From a virus (Duplodnaviria; Caudoviricetes), in IMG/VR virus record IMGVR_UViG_3300021364_000005: DNA of 64,000 nucleotides; one strand, given 5' to 3'. Of this stretch, positions 10,901-18,600 are shown piece by piece. The stretch's first letter is position 1. Each line of letters starts with the position of its first letter. The notes under the pieces were generated by a model. That model was not told the DNA's origin and searched no databases. It was given only the letters and a program-made list of their open reading frames with translations. A program made the position numbers and the translations under genes.

Positions 10901-12690
10901 GTTGCTTCAATTTCGTTTGTTGTACCTGCAAAAGTTAGTGTGTCTGTTAATAGGTTAACAGTATCAGTATTTGGAGTGCCTTGATCATCTGAAATATTAA
11001 GAACTGTTGCAACATTTGTTTCGCTGGCAGCAGTAATTCTACCATAATCGTCAACTGTAAAAGATGGTATTGCAGTAGCACTTCCGTATGAACCAGCTGT
11101 TACAGCAGTTGTGCTTAAATCAACTGTAGCTGCTGCTGTTTCTGTTCCACTGTTTGCTACAACAATATTTCCATTACCTGCGTCTGCTAATGTAGCAATA
11201 TAGTTTCCAGTTGTATCTGTACCAAGTGCTACACTATTTGCTTGAATAGTAGCAGTTATAGTTACATCACTTGTACCATTAAATGTTGTTGTACCACCTA
11301 AATCTCCAGCTAGTGTTATCGATCTAGCAGTTTGTAATGCAGTTGCAGTATCTGCGTTTCCGGTTAATGCACCTGTAAATGTAGTTGCTGTAACATCAGT
11401 TGCTGTAATAGCTCTGATAAAACCTTCTGACCATCTAAAAGTAGCACTACCTAAGTCTCTAGCATTATCTGTAGTTGGTAGTAAATTTGAATTAATTTTA
11501 GAATTTACTGTAAGAACATCAGTATCTGCATCGCCTATTGTTACTGCGCCAGTAATAGATAACGCAGGTGCTGTTATTGTTCCTTGAGCTAAAGTTAACC
11601 CTGTAGATTCAAATCTTGCAACCTCTGTATTACTAATTTCAAATACAGTAGCATTGCCTGCATCTAATACAATATTAGTAACACTTTCAATAGTAGGTGT
11701 GCCTGTGCCGTCACTTATAAAACTTTCTGCTGTAACAGTTCCATTAACTTCAAATGTTGTTCCGTCAAATGTTACATCTGTGCTTGTGGTTAGTTCTCCG
11801 TCTGTTGATGCTATCACAATACCTTCAGCAGTTAGATTACTTACTTTTAATCCTGTAACAGTTGCATCACTAAGGATATCAATTATTCCTGCACCTGATG
11901 CTAGTAATTCTACATTTGCGTCACTATTAATAGTTTCTATTCTATTACCGTTTATAGCAATTTGATCAAGTATTAAATTACCGTTAGGATCGATTACAAC
12001 AGTATCATTAATAGTTGTAGAACCGCCACCACCGCCAATATTTGTATTACCGCCATCGCCTGCACCAACGTTAAGATCATCGCCTTCACCTGTTGAAATA
12101 TCTGTGCCACCGTCGCCACCACCTATTGTAATTCCGCCAAATGATGAACCGTCAGATGAGGCAGGTCCAAATGCTCCTGTATATACAGCACCTACAACAT
12201 AAATTGATTTACCTGTTGTAACATTGCTAGGTAGGTTATCACCGATAAAGTGTACAGTACCTGCTTGATAGTCGAAGAACCATTCATCACTGTCTCCTGC
12301 ACCAACAGCAAATAACTGTGTACCTGTGCTTGTTGGATCTGCTGCGTTTGCATTATCAACATAAACTTTTACATTATATGTTGCACCAAATTCTGTTGGG
12401 ATCCAATCAGTATATCCTGTTAGCCAAGTTCTTCTTGGTTGTGCTGTTCCGTCCTCTGTACACTCAACTGCGTTTGCACCTAAGTATACTGTTACCGGAT
12501 TAGCACTTGTTGTTGGTATAACATCTGGGATGTCAGCTGCATCGCCCCAAATTTTATCACTTCTTAAAAGTAATGGGCTTGGTATCGCTTCGTTTGTAGC
12601 ATCTTTGTTTGATTGTACATCCGATTTACTAACACCATAACCTATCTTCTTCCAGAGGTAATCGATTTTTTGTATATCGCTAATTGCCAT
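1996..12690 (-). CDS. Giant (3564 aa) modular fibre-like virion protein with repeated fibre modules and a LamG/ConA-like lectin domain
   Basis: T/G/D/N/V-rich. Five A..L.TAR...GD...FDG...LGTDTTG.Y modules, GNVT 4-aa runs and three KD(R/K)G.EF...GFFG.D modules. LamG-like segment at about 4260-4850 (KFGTGSLLLDGTDDYL, DFTIDFWIY, WYYVSFTR, GNIDDFRV). Confidence 0.8.
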   Translation of the reverse strand: MAISDIQKIDYLWKKIGYGVSKSDVQSNKDATNEAIPSPLLLRSDKIWGDAADIPDVIPTTSANPVTVYLGANAVECTEDGTAQPRRTWLTGYTDWIPTEFGATYNVKVYVDNANAADPTSTGTQLFAVGAGDSDEWFFDYQAGTVHFIGDNLPSNVTTGKSIYVVGAVYTGAFGPASSDGSSFGGITIGGGDGGTDISTGEGDDLNVGAGDGGNTNIGGGGGSTTINDTVVIDPNGNLILDQIAINGNRIETINSDANVELLASGAGIIDILSDATVTGLKVSNLTAEGIVIASTDGELTTSTDVTFDGTTFEVNGTVTAESFISDGTGTPTIESVTNIVLDAGNATVFEISNTEVARFESTGLTLAQGTITAPALSITGAVTIGDADTDVLTVNSKINSNLLPTTDNARDLGSATFRWSEGFIRAITATDVTATTFTGALTGNADTATALQTARSITLAGDLGGTTTFNGTSDVTITATIQANSVALGTDTTGNYIATLADAGNGNIVVANSGTETAAATVDLSTTAVTAGSYGSATAIPSFTVDDYGRITAASETNVATVLNISDDQGTPNTDTVNLLTDTLTFAGTTNEIEATVSNNQVKIGLPNSVNVNTNLTVGNDLTVTGNLTVSGSTTTVDTTVVTLEDPVIRLGVSSLTSNDGKDRGSEFLYHTGIAAKTGFFGWDNATNRFTFIPDATNTSENFTGTRGDAEFGMVYANLTGNVTGNVSGTAANWATARSVTFAGGDVTGTFSIDGSADVGNIALTIQPDSVALGTDTTGNYAQDVSVSGNGLTITGTAGEGTQYTITSDATASNTGSTTVFRDASGNFAAGTITADLTGTASLATEITATANNATNETVYLTFVDGVSGAQGIETDTGLTYNPLGNELTTTLFIGNLQGDVKSSGGQTILDNGTDGTDAFIKADVKAPTGTTVLDAGTDGTDASFTGSVTGNVTGNVTGNVTGNVTGDLTGNVTGSVVGDLKGSVFGDDSTLLVDAINNIVTATISGDITGDIYADDGTKILENGTDGTDAVFTGLASEASKWATARSINLTGDVQGTASFDGSANFNLATTIQPNSVALGTDTTGNYLVDLTAGTGVTITHTPSEGSTATIEIGQAVGTTDDVEFNNVTVGGTLSTDDLTATTVTASGNVIITGDLTVNGTTTTVNTETIKLADNIIELNSNLGSGTAPTQDAGLLINRGSLVDVVIQWNETDDKFEFVDTAGTPVYQTVKAATFEGNLTGNTTGNVTGNVTGNLIGDVLAADGTSIVVQNGTDGTDATFTGALTGDVTGNVTGNVTGNITSTGTSTFTTVDINGGAIDGTIIGGTTPAAGSFTTLAASNGITGALTGNVTGNVTGNVVGNVVGNLTGDVFASNGTTKVLDGGDGTTTPATFTGNVTGDLTGNADTATALETARTFSLTGDITATGVTFDGTGNVELTTVFNPGALELGTDTTGDYVESLVAGTGVTITNNTGEAATPTIAIGQSVGTTDDVTFNNVNVSGTLNTDDITATTVTASGNVVITGNLTVNGATTTINSTTLDVDDVNITVAKGTTDSSTANGAGLTIDLGTNGDASMTWSHANQRIEFNKSLSIGTNYLTGNIIGDIYAADGTNKVLESGTDGTDATFTGNVTGDVTGNLTGNADTATALATARTFSMVGDVTATGITFDGTGDVQFNTVFNPGSLTLGTDTTGDYVESISATSGHITVTGGTGEGSTPVLSLPATGVTAASYGSNTAVPVITVDAQGRVTAVTTQAIATSFDITDGSTTDTVAGGETLTFTGGTGLASTVSNNEVTFALDALGADPSGTYGSATAIPVLTIDVYGRVTAASTAALVETLDITDGTNSTTIDLLTETLTVNGTANEIGVTVSDNAFTVALTDDVTIGNNLTVTQDATIGRNLVVTGNITAGGTLTYATLSGVDINASGTISSAIIETDQIRIDDNIIETYNTNTDLELRAAGTGSVSVVGSPFETSGQATIGGVLNVTGDSNLTNTDITGTLTVSGVTTLNGNVVIGNDAASDTVNFSNATLLGNLVPNADSAIDLGSTTKYFANAYIDDVTISNGLTVAGNLTVQGTTTTVESTVTTTEDPVLRVGVSGLSSSDGKDRGIEFLWWDTAAKTGFFGLDEGTGRFSFIPNATNTSEVFTGDLGDAQFGTVYATLSGNVTGTVSDISNHTTDDLSEGSTNLYYTDTRVRSAISLTDAGGDGSMTYDSATGAFTYTGPSSTEVRAHFSASGDLTYTQATGEFSVTTYKTADFNTDFGNKTSDDLSEGSTNIYFTNTRARSAISLTDAGGDGSMTYDSATGAFTYTGPSAAEVRAHISAGGDLAYDANTGIVSFTERTDAEVRGLISADTTTGITYNNTTGEIGFDNTVTNFVTLNDLSAGTGVSISNGEISIGQAVGTTDNVTFNDVTVNGSLNSDDITATNISAAGNLTVTGNLTVSGTTTTVNSTELVVDDINITIANGSADATAANGAGITADLGTDGTATFTYDSTNDRWAMNKSLATNLVGNVTGNVTGTVSDISNHDTDALSEGSTNLYFTDARARSALSAAGDLSYNSTSGEFSVTTYKTADFTTDLAAASVDGIGDVTIADIKPGQYLRYGGSFGDVEYANTLLLIPANGSEASTSFLDESTVAGTITANGDAQITQATKKFGTGSLLLDGTDDYLSVTRTAIGTSDFTIDFWIYHDSSVQGYIYSANDATEFQISGSLAVTDSTGNIMTATSLTPNTWYYVSFTRDNGTLYRHINGTLSTSATYATDLTATDWNIGGNDGTNGSAGYVNGNIDDFRVTTAARYGATNYVTPDRAAYTFAGTLGTAFENVTPEINDLVDVDTTNIIDGQVLIYEAKSDSFKPGNDINIGGVTGDFSIAGALTVGGTILGSNTIELDDITISGNQIRTTASNANLELTVAGTGTIELIDSTNITGDATVSGTFDVNGQATLASLNVEDLTSNQIVVPGTNGELEGSANLTYDGTTFVVGSNAFTVTSANGNTAVGGTLGVTGEATLASATVSDLTAGRVTFAGTNGSLTDSANFTFDGTTLTVPQVSAGSSATFPGIDITNLTAGRVVLAGTGGTIEDSAQLTFASSLLTVDAAATITGNTQINGNVDLGATTAQTITFGGRVDSNIVPSATNTYDLGTSDLRWNDLYLNGSSIYLGYATVSTHDNGIMVHMPGTSTMMDMYNDTTYSNRVDVGDILIDTNVIQTTVSATDLELRTNGAGTIELQDSTNITGDAAISGTFGVTGASTLAATTMSSAKISDLTAGRVVLAGTAGEIEDSGNLTFDGTTLAVTGDVTVSTTIDVDGLATLAQAKVEDLTQSRITFAGVDGRLVDDSNLTFASNTLTLVGTLDVTGEANIDDININGGTIGSTTGAITIDPDTAGSGGTVTIAGNLTVQGTTTTVDSTTVTIDDPVFTLGGNTAPTVNDAKDKGIEFRWHNGTAAKLGFFGFDESTGRFTFKPDSTNTSEVFSGTAGDAEFNNIYAQDLTVNSIVTTGDLAVEHGGTGVSSFTAKGILYGNGTSAVQVTAAAGTSDATTSNEILTTDSNGTPVWTDVIDEGTF

Positions 12691-12693
12691 GTC

Positions 12694-15600
12694 TTATGCG
12701 CCTTCTAATATTGACAAACTCGTTATGCTGTTTCCAGCATTTAATGCTATTCTTACTAATACAACGTTACCTGTTGCACTAGTTGTACTTACGGTCCCTA
12801 AAGTCATTTGGTAATTACCACTTAGACTTGTGTTAGATAATATTCTATTTGCAGGACCATCGGCGACTCCATCACTTCCGTTACCACCTGTTGATGATCC
12901 AGGTGCACCTGATCCACCAAATGCTGTGTCGGCTCTAAGCCAACCATTTAATCCACTTGTTGTATCAGTTGTACTACCTGGAACTGCTATCCATAATCCG
13001 CCTATTCCACTAGACGTAATATTGATTCTAAATTTACTAACTGCACTTCTTCTAAATGCAAATGTAAAATACTGTGTACCTGAATCGCCCGTTCTGTTAG
13101 GGCCTGCAGGTAAAAATGTGCTATAATTTGTTGTATCGTGTTTTAATACACCTAACCTTACAGTTGCTTCTTGTGTTCCTTCAACTCCTGGATCACTTGC
13201 TTCTGTGAAAACATTACTTGTATAAAAATTAGTTGCTCCGTTAAATGCTGGAGTACTAGTTGTCTCTGAAAGGAATGCTGCGCTTCGCTTACCATCATCT
13301 GTGTAAGTTGCGCCTAAGCTATCTGATACCGGAATTGCAGTTTCATTAATACCAGTTTGTGCTGCTGTATGAACTTGGATTTTTTCGTTTGAATCTACAT
13401 AATCACTAAATCCGTTTACATTCGCACTTCTCACTTGTAAATTTGCTATAGAAATTTGGTCAGTTGCACCAGCAACGTTAACTGTAATATTATTCATTGT
13501 GTAAGGTGTTCCTCCTGTTCCTACATTTGCTATAACATTGCTTCCGTTTAACATAGGATTGCTAGGATTACTCATTTGTGCGAGAGTATAATTTTGTATA
13601 ACAGCTACAACATCAGATGTGCCTTCATAATCTGTGCCAGAGCTAACAGTCACAGGATGACCCCAACCGGTAGAATAATCGTTATATACTTGTCCACAAA
13701 AATCTTCTACTTGCCAGTTTTGTAAAATAACTGTGTTACCGCCTGCATAATATGGAACACCACTAATATACTTTTTAGTTCCTGCTGTACCTTCTACTAC
13801 AGTACCAGCTAATACAGTTGCATCTCCTATAGGATCATGTACAAATTCTTCTACATTTGTGCTTCCTGTTACACTATGCTCTAGCTGGAATGTGTGTATG
13901 CCTGCTGCAAAAGTACTTGCATCATGATTGACTCTTGCTTTGAACCCTTTATATAGATTTGGTGTATAAATTGTGCTACTAAATGAAAGATCACTACCGT
14001 CTGTGTTTAGTAGGTTATAATCTGATTCTTCTACAATTTCAAGTGAGGTAGCAGAGCCTGTATTATCTGAACTAGATAGTGTTATTGTTCCTGCGTTTGT
14101 GCCATCAACAAGTGCTGACAAATCTCCGCTATCTGCATCATAAGCAAATGTAGGTTGTGCTTTTGTAAACACTGCTACAGTAGAATTTGTTCTTTTTACT
14201 GTAGATCCTGCTGTTAGTGTACTGCTTCCTGTATTGTCTGTAAATCCATATGCTAGTCTTGGATTACTGTTTATAGACTCTTGCACAATAAGAGTTTTTG
14301 TTCCTAAACCGTCCGGTGCAGTAATATTAGGATCATAAACTTTTAAATCTTCTGTAACAGTTAGAGGAAATATACTCGGAGTTGCTGTTGTATGTGTTAG
14401 TAATGACAGTGTTAATGTATCAGTACCGTTACCAGTTGCTGTACCTGTTCCCCATGTGTGTTGTAATCTTGCGCCTAATACTCCGCCTGCATCTGCATCA
14501 CTTCCAATAGCGTCAGCTGTTGTGCCATCACCCCAATCCATAGAGTATGTTACATCAGCCATTGTGGTGTTTGTAGTTATGTTTTCCATATACAAACTAT
14601 CGCCTTCGTTAACATACAAATCATTTCCTGTTAATGCAGTTCCACCTGATGATGCTCTGTATAATCTAAATGCCATTACAGGATCAGCTGTATAAATGAT
14701 TACATAATCTTCTCTAGTTTGTGTTGCTTCACTTCCGTATCCAGCACCGTCGCTGTGATAAGCTCTTACAACTACAGTGTAAGGACTATTTGTATTTGAT
14801 GTGTAAGTGTGGCTTGGTGTTAAACTAGTAACTGTTTCAGTTGTACCATCACCCCAGTCAATATCATAATTATTTGGATTGCCTTCTTTTACTATGGTTA
14901 GTGTAACTGATGTCCCTTCGCCTCCTGCTAAAGGTGTTCCTGTAAATGTTACGCTTCTGACAAATGTATTGTTAGCAACATTTAACATAGTTTCATTTAG
15001 TTGATCCATTGCTTCTGCTATATTTCCTGTTCCACTTAATAATTTATATGCACCGTCGGTGTAACTACTATCAGTTGGATCGCCTAGTGTAATTTGATCG
15101 CCTGACAAACCTCCTTGTACAGCACCGATGTTTGCATCAACATATGCTTTTACACTTTGCTGTGTTGGTATAGCAGTATCACTGTCACTTACAAGATCGT
15201 CTTCGTCAAGTATTTCTTCTACTTCAGTAGTTGAACCTACAGTAAATTTACCAACTACATCAACTGCTCCTGTACCTGCTGCTGCAAGTTCCAGTGTGTC
15301 GTTAGTGTTTAAAGCAGTTATTCTGTTATCACTAATTTTTAATGAATGAGTTAGAATATCATCATTTACAATTAAATTAGATCCAACTGTGGTATTTCCT
15401 GTAGATTCTATAGTATTTGCTGTAAATGCAAGTGCATTTAAATCACCTGTTGTAACTGTGCCACTTACATCTAATGTGCCTGTAATGTTTGTATCTGCAA
15501 GTAAATCAACACTTCCTGTGCCGCCGGTTGCTAGTTCTAAATTACTATTAGACTCTGTAGTTGTAATTAAGTTACCATCAACTCTAATATTGTCTAATAG

Positions 15601-18600
15601 TAGTGTACCTGCATTTACTTGTGCAGCATACAGATCCATCATAGTAGAAGTTCCTGGCATATGTACCATCATACCGCCACTATGTTGACTCATTGTTACA
15701 TCACCTAAGTATATTGAATTTCCGCTTAGGTATAAATCACGCCATCTTTTAGTATCACTACCTAAATCATATGTATGAGTATCATTTGGTATTAGATGTG
15801 AATCAAATTCACCTGCAATAGTAATACCGTCAGTATCTGCATCGCCAATTGTAATGTTACCGCCGATTGTAACATTACCTGTAGCATTAATATCTACAGC
15901 GTCAATATTACCAAATTTAACGTTACCTGCTGTTCCTGAAAAAACTTCTGAACTATTTGTAGCATCTGGAATGAATGTAAATTTTTCATCTGTTCGGTCA
16001 AATCCAAAAAAGCCTACCTTTGCATCTGTCCCTGTGTGCCAACGGAATTCTATACCCTTGTCTTTAGTATCATCTGTTGTTGGTGCAGTATCACCGCCTA
16101 ATGTTAATATAGGATCATCTAATGTTGTAACTGTACTATTAATTGTAGTTGTAGTACCCATAACTTGCAAGTCGCCTTGTATAGTCACTGTACCTGCACT
16201 ACCTGCTGGTGTTGGATCAATAGTAAGTGTTCCGGTTGTTGTAGCAATAGTATTACCGTCAATAGTTATATTGTCTAATGCTAACGCAGTTGTAGTTAAT
16301 GTTGTACCGTCAAAAGTTAAATTTGCACTATCTTCTACAGATCCATTAGTTCCTGCTAAAACAACACGACCAGCTGTTAAATTTCCTAGCTCGACAGTTG
16401 CAAATGTACTTGCTCCTGTTACATCTAATGTTCCTGCAATAGCAGTATTTCCTGTTGCAGATGCTACTGTAAAGTTGCCTTGTCCTATGTCAAATGTTGT
16501 ACCATCAAAAGTTAAATCTGCACTATCTTCTATTGCACCTGATGTACCTGCTAATACAATTCTGTTATCTGTTAGATCACTTACAATAGCACTTGCTAAA
16601 GTAGTTTCACCTGTAACACCTAGTGTGCTGCTTAAAGTTGTAGCACCTGTAACACCTAGTGTGCCTCCTACAGTTGCATTGTCAGTGACATCTAAAGCAC
16701 CTGCAACATTTAATGTTCCACCTGTTCCTGTTGGATTCGGATCAATAGTAATATCAGTACTTGCGCCGATTGTGCTTCCATCAATGTCAATGTTATCAAC
16801 TGATATACTTCCAGTTACAGTTAAAATTCCTGTAATGTTTGTATCAGCTAATGTTGATGTTCCTGTAACACCTAGTGTGCTACTTAATGTAGTTGCTCCA
16901 GTAACTCCTAGTGTACCGCCTACAGTTGCATTACTTGATAATGTTGTATCGCCTGTAACACCCAAAGTATCACTTAATGTAGTTGCACCTGTAACTCCTA
17001 ATGTGCTGCTTAATGTAGTAGCACCAGTTACACCTAATGTATCATTAAGTGTTGTTGCACCTGTAACTCCTAATGTATCATTAAGTGTTGTTGCACCAGT
17101 TACACCTAATGTATCACTTAATGTAGTAGCACCAGTTACACCTAATGTATCACTTAATGTAGTTGCGCCAGTTACACCCAGTGTGCTACTTAGTGTAGTT
17201 GCACCAGTAACACCTAGAGTATCACTTAATGTTGTTGCGCCTGTAACTCCTAATGTAGAAGAAACTGTAGCTGCGCCTGTTATGTTTGTATCTGTAAGGA
17301 GTTCTAATGTACCTGTTCCAGCTGTGGCAAATTCCAAATCACTGTTACTAGAATTAGTTTGTATTCTATTTCCGTCAATAGTAATATCTTCACCAATTAA
17401 TCTATCAGCAAAAATTGTTCCACCAGTAATATCCATTTCGTTACCACTAGCATCAACAACTTTAAATCCGCCATTTTCTTCTTTTAACTGAATGCCACCT
17501 AGATGAATTGTTTGCCCTGCAACATAAAGGTTACGCCATTTCTTTGTAGCACTACCTAAGTCATAAGTTTCGTCCTCATTAGGAATTAAGTGTGATTCGA
17601 AATCAGCAGCAACAGTAATTGCATCTGTATCTGCATCACCAATTTGAATATTACCACCAATTGTAACATCACCACTAACATCAATATTACCAGTTATACC
17701 TAATGTTGTTCCGTCAAATGTTAAGTTACCGCTATCTTCTATTTCTCCACCTGTACCTGCAAGTACAACTCTACCAGCAGTTAAATCTTCAATTTTTGCT
17801 GTAGCTATAGTTGCATCAGTATTGACATCAAGTGTTCCAGAAAGTGTTACGTTTCCTGTAACATCCAGTAACGTACCATCAAATGTTAAGTTACCACTAT
17901 CTTCGATTGCTCCAGCTGTGCCTGCAAGTACAACACGGCCTGTTGTTAGATCTGATACTGTTGCACTACTTAAAGTTGTCTCTTGTGCATCTAAATTTGC
18001 AAGTGTTGTATCGCCTGTAACATCTAGTGTTGCACCAATTGTAGTATTACCGTTAGTAGCAACATTATAAAGATCGTTTACGTTTATGCCGCCATCTAAA
18101 GAAGCAAGTCCTGAAGCAGTAACAGTTGTAATTGTAGTATCACCTGTTACGTCTAGTGTGCCACTTACGGTTGCATCACCTGTAATATTTGTATCACTTT
18201 GCAGTTCTATAGTTCCTGCACCAGCTGTGTCTATTTCTAAATTGCTATCAGAATTAATTGTTTCAATTCTATTGCCGTTGATGCTAATATCTTCAATAGT
18301 TAATTCACCGGCTTCAATATTTTGAACAAATAGATTTTTCCATTGCTTTGTATTTGAACCTAAATTATATGTTTCGTCAGCATCTGGTACTAAATCACTT
18401 TCAAAGTCTGCTGCTACTGTGATAGAATCAGTATCTGCATCACCAATAGTAATATTACCACCTAGTACTAAATTTCCTGTAATGTCTACATTACCTGAAA
18501 TATTAGTATCTCCATTTACTGTTAAATCTTGTCCAACAGTTAGTGTTCCACTTACTGAAGTATCTGCACTTAGATTTATTACTGCTGTTCCTGCAGGAGT

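Noticed and set aside
16860-17272. 36-nt periodic array resembling CRISPR/TIGR
   Set aside because: In frame within a CDS, variation is mainly at third positions, there are no unique spacers and no cas/tas genes.
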